From positions 544,001-608,000 of the forward strand of contig JBFWJS010000001.1 of NCBI GenBank assembly GCA_050253075.1: a stretch of 64,000 nt of DNA, given 5' to 3'. Of the stretch, positions 55,724 through 64,000 are shown in pieces. Position 1 is the stretch's first letter. Each line of letters opens with the position of its first letter. The DNA comes from Deferribacterales bacterium (GTDB taxonomy: Bacteria; Chrysiogenota; Deferribacteres; Deferribacterales; Geovibrionaceae). The notes beneath the pieces were generated by a model that worked only from the letters and a program-made list of their open reading frames with translations, made no database searches and had not been told where the DNA came from. The position numbers were made by a program, and so were the translations under genes.

Positions 55724-56240
55724 GCATAGCAAACGCCGCAGCAGCATAGAGAGCGAGCTGCCCGAAAACATCCGCAAGGAACTGCGGCGCCGACTGGTGG
55801 AAGATAACGAGACCTATGACGATATCACCGCATGGCTGAACGCTGAAGGGTATGACATAAGCCGCTCTGCTGTGGGACGATACGGTAAAACCTTCTTTGA
55901 CATTGTTAAAGATATGAAGGTGATAGAAGAGCAGTCCGCAACGCTGGTGGGTGATGAGGCAAGCAGCATGGTTCTGGAGGAAGCAACGACTAAGCTGATC
56001 CTGAACAAGCTGATGCAGATGCTGATGACAGATGATGTGGATCTGAAGAAAAGCACAAGGATCATGACCGACCTGGCGAACCTGCAGAAGTCGAACGTGA
56101 GCAGGGAAAAGCTGAAGATAGAGATCAGAGACAGAGCGAAGGCTGTCGCTGAAAAAGTGGCAGGAATAGCTAAGAAGAAAGGTCTGACACCGGACACAGT
56201 TGCGAGGATCAAGAAAGAGATCCTGGGCATTAGTAAATAA
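55710..56240 (+). CDS. Mu gp27-like protein (DUF3486; putative terminase small subunit)
   Basis: RRSSIESELP...GYDISRSAVGRY...GLTPDTVARIKKEILGI. Confidence 0.85.
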   Translation: MNLGEHSKRRSSIESELPENIRKELRRRLVEDNETYDDITAWLNAEGYDISRSAVGRYGKTFFDIVKDMKVIEEQSATLVGDEASSMVLEEATTKLILNKLMQMLMTDDVDLKKSTRIMTDLANLQKSNVSREKLKIEIRDRAKAVAEKVAGIAKKKGLTPDTVARIKKEILGISK

Positions 56241-56253
56241 CACAGGGAAATCC

Positions 56254-57771
56254 ATGAAAGCAGTTATGGCTGAAAGCACTGACAAACACATAAAGCCGAT
56301 ACAGACAGTTACCGCAAGTAACGGTGATGATATCCGCATCCTTCTGAAATATCAGGCTGACTGGTGTGCTGATCTGGCTGATGTGAAGTTTCTGGAAAAG
56401 TCCAGACGTATCGGCGGGACATTCGGAGAGATACTGGATGACTGTCTGACTGCTGCCGGAGAGATCGGAGACGATATCTGGTACATCGGATACAACAAAG
56501 AGATGGCGCAAGAGTTCATACGTGCGGCAGCTGAGTTTGTCCGTGTGCTGCACAATGAGCTGGTTGATATAGATGAAGAGATAATAGAAGACGAAAACAA
56601 AGATATCCTGACCTATGTGATCAAGCTGGCTAGTGGACACAGAGTGTCTGCTCTGTCCTCTGCTCCGTCTAACCTGAGAGGTAAGCAAGGGATCATCGTA
56701 ATAGATGAAGCTGCTTTCCATGAAGACCTCGAAGAGGTGCTGAAGGCTGCCCTGGCTATGCTGATCTGGGGCGGAAAGGTCAGAGTCATCAGCACCCATA
56801 ACGGTATAGACAACACCTTTGCAATATACATCAAAGATATCAAAGAAGGCAGGCTGCCATATAGCCTGCACACAGTAACATTCAGAGATGCTATCGCTGA
56901 TGGGCTCTATAAACGTATCTGTCTGGTGAGCGGAAAGGAATACTCACCGGAAGCGGAAGATGCGTTTGTAGAATCTATCTATCAACAATACGGCGAAGCG
57001 GCGGATGAAGAGCTGGACTGTATACCTAAGAAGTCCGGCAAGAGCTACTTCAACAGTGCTGTTGTGGAAAACAACCTGGATAAGGGCATCCCTTATCTGG
57101 AATTTGGGAAGCCTGACGAATGGAAGCTGCTTGACCCTGATGTCCGCAGAGCTGAGATCACTGAGTGGTGTGAGGAAAATCTGACTCCGCTGCTGGAGAT
57201 GTACGACAAGGAGACAGTGTGGTTCGGAGAGGACTTCGCACGTAATGGTGATGCAACTATCTTTGACCCTTGCTTCGATGATGGAGACAACTTTACAAGC
57301 ATGTTCCTGCTGGAGCTTCGCAATATCCCGTTCGCAGATCAGGAGACATTTCTCTTCTTTATCCTTGACCGTGTAAACCTCGGCGGGGCTGCACTGGACG
57401 CTACAGGTAACGGTGCCCAGATAGCAGAGAACACTGCACTGCGCTATGGAGTAGACCGTGTGCATGAGATCAAGCTGAATCAAAAGTGGTATCAGGAAAA
57501 TGTGCCACGCTATAAGACACGCCTGGAAGACGGCACTATACGCATGGCTGACAATCAGGCTGTGCGTGATGACCACAGGGTGTGGGTGTCGGCGAATGGT
57601 GTGCCGACTATCGGTAAGAGAATCAACTCAAAAGGTAAGAAACACCACGGCGATATCGTCATAGCAAAGGTTATGGCTGTGTATGCCAGAAACAATATAG
57701 AGGTGCTGGAGACAGAAGTGATGTCTGCAGCAAAGAGAGAAGGATACAGGGAGGCCGCCTATTATGGCTGA
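56254..57771 (+). CDS. Terminase large subunit (Mu gp28-like); start uncertain (56254 or 56266)
   Basis: EKSRRIGGT, IDEAAFH, ISTHNG, GEDFAR, DATGNG, HGD. Confidence 0.92.
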   Translation: MKAVMAESTDKHIKPIQTVTASNGDDIRILLKYQADWCADLADVKFLEKSRRIGGTFGEILDDCLTAAGEIGDDIWYIGYNKEMAQEFIRAAAEFVRVLHNELVDIDEEIIEDENKDILTYVIKLASGHRVSALSSAPSNLRGKQGIIVIDEAAFHEDLEEVLKAALAMLIWGGKVRVISTHNGIDNTFAIYIKDIKEGRLPYSLHTVTFRDAIADGLYKRICLVSGKEYSPEAEDAFVESIYQQYGEAADEELDCIPKKSGKSYFNSAVVENNLDKGIPYLEFGKPDEWKLLDPDVRRAEITEWCEENLTPLLEMYDKETVWFGEDFARNGDATIFDPCFDDGDNFTSMFLLELRNIPFADQETFLFFILDRVNLGGAALDATGNGAQIAENTALRYGVDRVHEIKLNQKWYQENVPRYKTRLEDGTIRMADNQAVRDDHRVWVSANGVPTIGKRINSKGKKHHGDIVIAKVMAVYARNNIEVLETEVMSAAKREGYREAAYYG

Positions 57772-59275
57772 TGGAATATATACGGCAGATGGCAGATGGA
57801 TGGACTTTAGCGACAGTTCGCAGATGCTGGACGAGGTGGCGACAAGGGCAACCAGAGGTGAGGTATTTAACTGGCTGGGAACTCTGGCAGATCCTGATCC
57901 TATCCTGCGTAAGCTGTTTCAGGGGGATGAGGTATTCGATGACCTGATGAGCGATGACGAGGTCATAACAGCCACCCAGGGGCGCAAGCTCGGATCGCTG
58001 GGTATGGAGTATGAGTTTCGTGCTGGAGCATTAAAAGATGAGGAAGCAACAGATGAAGCCAATAGGACTTACACAATGCTGGCTCAGGATCTGGAGAATA
58101 TAGATATATACAACCTGATAGCTCAGATGCTGGATACGCCTTTTTACGGTTTTGTACCTGTGGAGCTGCTCTGGAAGATGGAGAATGGATACTGGAGGCT
58201 GAAGGATCTGTGTCCACGGCCGACCAGCTGGTTTGCTTTCGATGATAAGAATCAGCCCCGATTCATGACTCTGGACAGCGGCATGAACGGTAAGCCGCTG
58301 CCAAAAAATAAGTTCGTCCTTGTGAGACATTTCCCGACATATAAGAACCCATACGGACTGCGCCTGCTATCAAGATGTTTCTGGCCTGTTGCGCTGAAGC
58401 GTGGCGGGCGAAAATTCTGGGGGATATTCGCAGAGCGTTTCGGTATGCCCTGGGTGATCGGCAAATATGCCAAAGGCACACAATACGCTGATAAGCGTGA
58501 GATGCTGTCTAACCTGACAAACATGGTGCAGGACGCAGTGGCTATCATCCCGCAGGGTGGCGGAGTGGAGCTCCTGAGTAATAACGGATCTGGCGGTCAG
58601 GTACACCAGAAGCTGATAGAGCACATGGACGCTGCCATTAGTAAAGTGCTGCAAGGGCAGACTCTGACCAGCTCAGTATCAAAAGATGGTGCTGCATACT
58701 CTGCAGGCAAGGTGCACGCATCAACACTGGCATCTTATCAGGCCGCAGACCGAAAGCTGGTAAAGGCAGCGATGGAAGAGATAGCCTGGATATACACCAA
58801 GGTAAATGCAGCTGCTGGCGTGATCAGTCCTAGCTTCCACTGGCCTGAAGATGAGGCTGAAGAGCAGGAAGATACAGCAGGCAGAGATACACGACTTACA
58901 CAGCAGGGTGTCAGGTTCACTAAGAAGTATTACATGAAACAATACAACCTGGAAGAAGACGACCTGGATGTTGATACCGGTTCTGACAGAGGGAGTGACG
59001 GGCTTATGTTTGCTGACAGTAAGAATAAAAAGTTTACACCGGAGCAACAGGCAATAGAAGACCTGGTGACTGAAGCTGTGGGTAAAGCATCTATGAAAAA
59101 CATAGAGCAGGCAGTGCGTAAAGCAGTAGATGAAAGCTCAGACTATGAGGAGCTGATGGAACGCCTGGCTGCACTTTTACCTGATTTGAATAATGAGGAC
59201 ATGCAGGATGTTCTGGAGAGAGCTGCTGTTATCTCTGCAGGATATGGCACCACTATAGAAGACGAACGGGAATAA
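57764..59275 (+). CDS. Portal protein (Mu gp29-like, DUF935)
   Basis: NPYGLRLLSRCFWP, FAERFGMPWVIGKY, ISKVLQGQTLTS. Confidence 0.92.
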   Translation: MADGIYTADGRWMDFSDSSQMLDEVATRATRGEVFNWLGTLADPDPILRKLFQGDEVFDDLMSDDEVITATQGRKLGSLGMEYEFRAGALKDEEATDEANRTYTMLAQDLENIDIYNLIAQMLDTPFYGFVPVELLWKMENGYWRLKDLCPRPTSWFAFDDKNQPRFMTLDSGMNGKPLPKNKFVLVRHFPTYKNPYGLRLLSRCFWPVALKRGGRKFWGIFAERFGMPWVIGKYAKGTQYADKREMLSNLTNMVQDAVAIIPQGGGVELLSNNGSGGQVHQKLIEHMDAAISKVLQGQTLTSSVSKDGAAYSAGKVHASTLASYQAADRKLVKAAMEEIAWIYTKVNAAAGVISPSFHWPEDEAEEQEDTAGRDTRLTQQGVRFTKKYYMKQYNLEEDDLDVDTGSDRGSDGLMFADSKNKKFTPEQQAIEDLVTEAVGKASMKNIEQAVRKAVDESSDYEELMERLAALLPDLNNEDMQDVLERAAVISAGYGTTIEDERE

Positions 59276-59387
59276 GGCGTTTTAACGCATTAAATATATG
59301 AAACAGCCGAATGTGCGTATTTAGCACAAACGGCCGGATAAGGGCATTTATAAACGTTTTTAAACGCATATATAAGCGAGGTTTCGA

Positions 59388-60635
59388 GTGAGCAGTATTG
59401 AGCTGATGGAATTAAAAGAAGCTGTTGAGTTCTGGGGAGGTAAAACGCCCCTGCCTGTGGATGAGTTTAAGGCTCTGACAGAGGTGGAGAGGCAGCGTGC
59501 TTTTACTGTGTCTGGTATATCCAGCCAGGATGCCCTGGCATCTATCTATCAGCAGATAGGTAGTGCTGTGAAAGACGGCCTCAGCTATGAAGATTTTAAA
59601 AACAGTGATGTATGGGAAAAGACAGGCTTTCAGGATAAGGGCTACAGGATAGACAATATCTTCCGCACTAACATGCAGAGTTCGCTGATGGCTGGCAGAT
59701 ATGCAAGCCTGCGTAAGTCGAAGCTGAAGGAATACTGGATGTATTCTGCTGTGAATGATAGCAGGACACGCCCCGCTCATACTGCACTGCACGGCAAAGT
59801 GTATCACAGAGACCATGCCTTTTGGATCACATGGTTTCCCGTTAACGGGTATCGCTGCCGCTGTGGAGTGCGTGCGTATTCTGCTGCTCAGGTGAAACGC
59901 ATGGAGCTGCATGTTGAACAGGATGATCTGACAGGTCAGGTGATAGATGTTGTGCATCCGGAGACCGGAGAAGTTTCAAAAGTGAAGCTGATACCTGATG
60001 CCGGCTTTGCAGGAAATCCTGCTGAAGGACTTGCACAGCTTTCACCAAGTGAAGCCACAGATATAAAAGACCTGACAGACAGAGCCAGATGCAGAAAAGA
60101 CTTTGCAGATGACTGCCGTATACCGTTGAAAGACATAGACCCGAAATACATCATAGATGTGAAAGACACAGACATAATGCCAAAGGGGCTGAAGCCTGAA
60201 GAGTATGCCGAGGCATTCCTGAATGAGTTTAACCTGAAGATGGAAGGGAGCGCAGTGATAACTGTACCAGGGATGAGGCTACCCTTTGTGATCAGTAAGA
60301 CGCTGTTTATAGATAAGCAGACAGGGCTGTGGAAGATAGAGAAGTCCGGCCGTGAGCAGTATATGAAACCTCTGGCCTGGACAATCCAGAATCCTTTTGA
60401 GGTTTGGTCTGTACCTGCGGAGGTTGCAAACAAACCTATGGCTGTGGCACGGCTGTTGAAGCTCTTTAAAACTTCGGCAGGACAGATCGGCGGCTTTGGT
60501 GTGTTTAACCTGGCAGGCAGCAGATATCTGCCGGCGACAGTCTTTGCACCGAATGCAGAGAAAGGCAGTGTTGAAAAAGTGCTGAAGTATCTGGAAAAGC
60601 AGAGAGTCGGAGTTTTGTCCTATAGGCAAAAGTAA
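59388..60635 (+). CDS. MuF (gp30-like) head protein with C-terminal PBECR-like nuclease-fold extension
   Basis: AVNDSRTRPAH...FPVNGYRCRC MuF motif; C-terminal KSGREQY...TIQNPFEVW. Confidence 0.82.
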   Translation: MSSIELMELKEAVEFWGGKTPLPVDEFKALTEVERQRAFTVSGISSQDALASIYQQIGSAVKDGLSYEDFKNSDVWEKTGFQDKGYRIDNIFRTNMQSSLMAGRYASLRKSKLKEYWMYSAVNDSRTRPAHTALHGKVYHRDHAFWITWFPVNGYRCRCGVRAYSAAQVKRMELHVEQDDLTGQVIDVVHPETGEVSKVKLIPDAGFAGNPAEGLAQLSPSEATDIKDLTDRARCRKDFADDCRIPLKDIDPKYIIDVKDTDIMPKGLKPEEYAEAFLNEFNLKMEGSAVITVPGMRLPFVISKTLFIDKQTGLWKIEKSGREQYMKPLAWTIQNPFEVWSVPAEVANKPMAVARLLKLFKTSAGQIGGFGVFNLAGSRYLPATVFAPNAEKGSVEKVLKYLEKQRVGVLSYRQK

Positions 60636-60754
60636 ACCCGATGTGATCCAGCCATCGGGAGGCAACACCCTTGCTGATTGCCGCCACTGGTCTGACGGTC
60701 AGGGTACGCTACCTGATTTAAATATAGTTGAAAGACTTTGAGAGGTCAAGAGAT

Positions 60755-61609
60755 ATGAAGATAGAGGTTTTTAGAACCGGACAACACAGAGATGCAGGGG
60801 GGCAGGAGTACGAAGCTACGCCGGAAAAACTGCATCAGATAGCAAATGACTATAATGTGTCTGACCATGATGCCCCTGTGGTCATAGGGCATCCGGCGGA
60901 TAATGCCCCGGCATACGGCTGGGTAAAGGCGCTATCTGTGGCGGGTGACAGACTGATGGCAGAACTGCGGGACATCCAGCCGGAGTTTAAAGACTGGGTG
61001 AACCGCAGTCTGTTTAAGAAACGCAGTATAAGCCTTTACCCCTCTGGACTGCTCCGACATGTGGGCTTTCTGGGGGCACTGCCTCCGGCGGTGAAAGGCT
61101 TGAAAGATTTTGAATTTAAGTCCGGTGAGGGCTTTGAACAATACGAGTATGAAGACATACAAGACCAAAAGGAGGTCGATATGACACTTGAAGAGCTGCA
61201 AGCGCAGCTGAAGGTAATGCAGGATCGTCTCAGTGTTCTTGAGACGGAGAAGAAACAGGAAACAGAGCGTGCTGATAAAGCGGAAGCCGATCTTGAAAAA
61301 GTGAACACAGAGTTCTCTGATGCTCAGGCAAAACAGGCTAAGGCTGAGCTGACACAGTTCGTTGATCAGCTGGTAGCGGATGAAAAGCTGCTCGGTAAAG
61401 ATAAGGCTAATGTGCTGGCATTCGCTGAAGGACTCGCTGCAGGCGGTAAGGTTATCAACTTCAGCGATAAAGAGGAAACTCCTCTGGCTGCTTTCAAGGC
61501 TCTGATGAGCGGTATGCCTAAGCTGACTGATCTGTCGCATGACTTTTCAGACAGTAACCCTGGCAGACAGACCGAGCAGACAGAAACAATCAAAAACGGG
61601 CAGGTGTAA
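60755..61609 (+). CDS. Prohead protease/scaffold (Mu gpI-like)
   Basis: IEVFRTG, APVVIGHP, PAYGWV, LRHVGFLGALPPAVKGL; start set at ATG 60755. Confidence 0.85.
   Translation: MKIEVFRTGQHRDAGGQEYEATPEKLHQIANDYNVSDHDAPVVIGHPADNAPAYGWVKALSVAGDRLMAELRDIQPEFKDWVNRSLFKKRSISLYPSGLLRHVGFLGALPPAVKGLKDFEFKSGEGFEQYEYEDIQDQKEVDMTLEELQAQLKVMQDRLSVLETEKKQETERADKAEADLEKVNTEFSDAQAKQAKAELTQFVDQLVADEKLLGKDKANVLAFAEGLAAGGKVINFSDKEETPLAAFKALMSGMPKLTDLSHDFSDSNPGRQTEQTETIKNGQV
61181..61609 (+). CDS. Nested in-frame scaffolding protein (Mu gpZ-like)
   Basis: AAGGAGGT RBS then in-frame ATG at 61181 preceding a coiled-coil region. Confidence 0.65.
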   Translation: MTLEELQAQLKVMQDRLSVLETEKKQETERADKAEADLEKVNTEFSDAQAKQAKAELTQFVDQLVADEKLLGKDKANVLAFAEGLAAGGKVINFSDKEETPLAAFKALMSGMPKLTDLSHDFSDSNPGRQTEQTETIKNGQV

Positions 61610-61612
61610 AAG

Positions 61613-61969
61613 ATGGATAATATACTGAAATCTATCACAGTCTCAGACAAAAAGATCCTTGATGATATTCATCCTCCCGTCGTGATGACAAGAGGACTCG
61701 CTGACCACGCTGAGGATATCCCTGCGGGGACTATAGTGGCTGTAAATGGTACGGGCACCACTATAGTGTATGACCCAGACGGCACTGCGCCGACGAATGT
61801 ACCGACAGGAGTTCTGCTCCGTGATGCGGCAGTAGATGCAGATGTGGCAGACATCCTGGTACATGGGTGTGTTTTTGCTGATGTGCTCCTCGTAGAAGGA
61901 TCAGCGGCTGACTCTGCAGCACTCATTGCGCTGGAAACAAACACTCAAATCTTTGTAACTAGGAGATAG
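61613..61969 (+). CDS. Head decoration protein
   Basis: IPAGTIVA...PTGVLL...VHG; sits between scaffold and capsid. Confidence 0.7.
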   Translation: MDNILKSITVSDKKILDDIHPPVVMTRGLADHAEDIPAGTIVAVNGTGTTIVYDPDGTAPTNVPTGVLLRDAAVDADVADILVHGCVFADVLLVEGSAADSAALIALETNTQIFVTRR

Positions 61970-61974
61970 AAAAG

Positions 61975-62952
61975 ATGAATATAGACCTTCGTCAGATATT
62001 TTCAAAAGCGGCGTTTATCAGATCATTGAATCTGCTTTCGCCTATCAGCTCTGTAGCTGTGGATAACATCTACAAGAACGTGCAGAACATCGCAAACCCT
62101 GTGATCCCTCTGGCTGATCTGTTTACTCAGATCAAGACTGTGGGACTCAGTACCCGTGGCGGTAAATACATCGACCTTTCCGGTTCGACAGAACTGGGTG
62201 CGAAGTGGGTGGAACCGTTCCCCATTAAGCTGAAGGAATCGCTCAATGGTGTTGAACTGAACAACCTGAAGATGCTTTCTGAAACAAGCATCGAAGCATG
62301 GAGACAGCAGAAGATCAACAAGGTACGCCAGACAAACCGTGCGACAACAGAGTATCAGGCTGTAAAAGCTCTGTCTGGAAAGATAGAGATGCCTGTCATC
62401 ACAGATGACGGATCTTCGGCTACGTATACCGTAGACTACGGCACACCAGCAACACTGACACCGGCAAAAGCCTTTAACGCTGTGGATGCGTCAGTAGAAA
62501 CAGTAGAAAAGTTTCTGTTAGACATGGCTGCAAAGGTTATCGAATCAGGCTACTCTGAAGTGGAGTTCTGGGCTGGTAAGGATGTCTGGTTTGCTATCTA
62601 TGCTCTCATCCAGGCAGTGCCAAACGACACACGTATCAGTGCAAAAGTCGAAGGACAGACGATCATCACTGCTGCAGGTAAAGTGAAGCTCCGCAATGAG
62701 CTGGTATATAACCCTACATCGAAGGCCTTTGAGCCGACAGTAGCAGCGAATAAGATCATGTGTATTGCGATGAACGCACCGCATACACTCGCTTATGCTG
62801 CGATAGACGACCTCGACGGAAACCTTGAAGCAGTACCGCTCTTTATGAAACCGATCAAAGACCCTGAAGGCGGCTGGAAGATACTTACTGAGTCTAAGCC
62901 TCTGCCGGCTCCGGTGATCAGAGCTATCTGCTGGGCAACAGCTATATCGTAA
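61975..62952 (+). CDS. Major capsid protein
   Basis: 325 aa, TTEYQAVKALSGKI, VDYG, ESKPLP motifs resembling gpE-type capsids. Confidence 0.82.
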   Translation: MNIDLRQIFSKAAFIRSLNLLSPISSVAVDNIYKNVQNIANPVIPLADLFTQIKTVGLSTRGGKYIDLSGSTELGAKWVEPFPIKLKESLNGVELNNLKMLSETSIEAWRQQKINKVRQTNRATTEYQAVKALSGKIEMPVITDDGSSATYTVDYGTPATLTPAKAFNAVDASVETVEKFLLDMAAKVIESGYSEVEFWAGKDVWFAIYALIQAVPNDTRISAKVEGQTIITAAGKVKLRNELVYNPTSKAFEPTVAANKIMCIAMNAPHTLAYAAIDDLDGNLEAVPLFMKPIKDPEGGWKILTESKPLPAPVIRAICWATAIS

Positions 62953-62965
62953 ATAGGAGGGGAGT

Positions 62966-63397
62966 ATGTACTGCAGTATTGATGATATCAAAAAGTATCT
63001 GGACTCTGAGGTGGTGGATCAGGTGGTCGCTGGCCGTCCTGGTCTTATCGAAAGTCACATTGAAGATGTGAGCGGAGAGATTGATGATCATCTGCGTGGG
63101 CGGTATGTACTCCCTATCTCTGTGGAAACTCCGGCTGTGATTAACCGTTGCTGTGCTGTGCTGGTAGCATATCGCACTCTTGGCGGTATCACAGGTGTGA
63201 TGGATACAGACAAAACAACAGAAAATGCACTGATGTATCTGCAGAAGCAGGCAGCCAGTGTTGACAAAATATTAGCAAACATCTCCGAAGGGAAGATGCG
63301 TCTGGGGCTGGCGGAAGCACAAGCAGATAGCGGGACAACAGATAATGAGCTGCTAACGAGCACTCGGCCCCAGACTTTTAACTTTGAAGGATATTGA
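62966..63397 (+). CDS. Mu gp36-like head-tail connector (DUF1320)
   Basis: MYCSIDDI...EIDDHLRGRYVLP...ISEGKMRLG. Confidence 0.85.
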   Translation: MYCSIDDIKKYLDSEVVDQVVAGRPGLIESHIEDVSGEIDDHLRGRYVLPISVETPAVINRCCAVLVAYRTLGGITGVMDTDKTTENALMYLQKQAASVDKILANISEGKMRLGLAEAQADSGTTDNELLTSTRPQTFNFEGY

Positions 63398-63398
63398 T

Positions 63399-63902
63399 AT
63401 GGCTAAGGATGGATTTCGCCTGGATATGGGAGCACTTCAAAAGGTTGTCGGGAATATGCTGGACGGGATGTCGAAGACAGAAGACCTTATGGAGGAGATC
63501 GGCATGCACATGGTGGACGAGATCCAGGCTGCTATGGATGCCGAGGAAACATTTGACGGGGAAAAATGGCCTGAAGGTAACAGAAGCGGACAGGCTCTCA
63601 GAAATACAAGCAAGCTGTGGGGAGCAATTGCATATGAAGCGACAGGCGACTCTGTGGCTGTGGGAGTTGGGCAGGCAGCAGCAGACAGACACCCCGAAGT
63701 ACATAACGAAGGGATGACTATCAGACCAAAAAATAAGAAGGCTCTGAAGTTTCAGCTGCCTAACGGGACATGGCGCACAGTTAAGAAAGTGGTCATACCG
63801 AAGAGGGAATTTGTCCCTGACTTTGGAGAAAGTACCCGAGCACAGGATGAGATCAGGGAGCTTTGCTCTGAATATATGCAAGAGATCATGGGGATCAAAT
63901 AA
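63399..63902 (+). CDS. Phage virion morphogenesis protein (gpG / tail completion family); ORF track start 63384
   Basis: DGEKW, LRNTSKL, VHNEG, IPKREF. Confidence 0.78.
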   Translation: MAKDGFRLDMGALQKVVGNMLDGMSKTEDLMEEIGMHMVDEIQAAMDAEETFDGEKWPEGNRSGQALRNTSKLWGAIAYEATGDSVAVGVGQAAADRHPEVHNEGMTIRPKNKKALKFQLPNGTWRTVKKVVIPKREFVPDFGESTRAQDEIRELCSEYMQEIMGIK

Positions 63903-64000
63903 TGAATAGTGCAGCACTCTTTGAGTATCTGAAATCTGTCTTTGTTGATTGCGGAGTGGACGCTGTGAATGTTCATGATGCTCACAAGACCAACATCCTG
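63902..64000 (+). CDS. Partial phage gene running off the window
   Basis: TAATG coupling; open frame MNSAALFEYLKSVF... to window end. Confidence 0.5.
   Translation, partial: MNSAALFEYLKSVFVDCGVDAVNVHDAHKTNIL

Larger units (their letters stand above)
42129..64000. mobile_element. Transposable (Mu-type, B3/BcepMu-like organisation) prophage, left part; continues beyond window
   Basis: TG at inferred end; Mor, GemA, DUF3164, AAA ATPase, DDE transposase, Ner/repressor pair, amidase, gp27/28/29/30-like, protease, capsid, gp36-like genes. Confidence 0.93.

Noticed and set aside
42129..64000. DGR, retron, invertase or anti-CRISPR modules
   Set aside because: No reverse transcriptase, recombinase or template/variable repeat pair seen; tail region is outside the window

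Overview
The window has two parts. About 1-42128 is bacterial host chromosome. It carries a Zn-dependent dehydrogenase, an RND exporter pair, an O-antigen-ligase-family gene and a SAM-I-riboswitch-controlled metY-metX-methyltransferase operon. These are followed by an AT-rich HTH/HATPase/DUF4325 gene, a ClC-CBS transporter, a repeat-rich intergenic mosaic, a sigma28-type flagellin locus, a long two-component/c-di-GMP signalling block and gmhB. It ends with a chemosensory operon: ParA, an Hsp70-like protein, a cytoplasmic double-tip MCP with a CZB insert, triple CheW, CheB, STAS, CheY, HEAT, CheR, CheY and a CheA with two HPt domains and an MshEN-like motif. From about 42129 to the window end is a transposable (Mu-type, B3/BcepMu-like layout) prophage. 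It appears to have inserted into the 8th codon of a response-regulator gene; its right end is outside the window. The most notable unannotated signals are: a complete type II hammerhead ribozyme in the prophage early operon (43658-43720, minus); an 84-bp tandem repeat whose minus strand shows four ANGGA-hexaloop hairpins (CsrA-site-like) next to a flagellin with a CsrA-like leader site; a duplicated palindrome inside a prophage HTH gene; an Hsp70 paralogue coupled into a chemotaxis operon; and a MuF protein with a nuclease-like extension and no immunity ORF. All family assignments are from motif recognition by eye; no searches were run.
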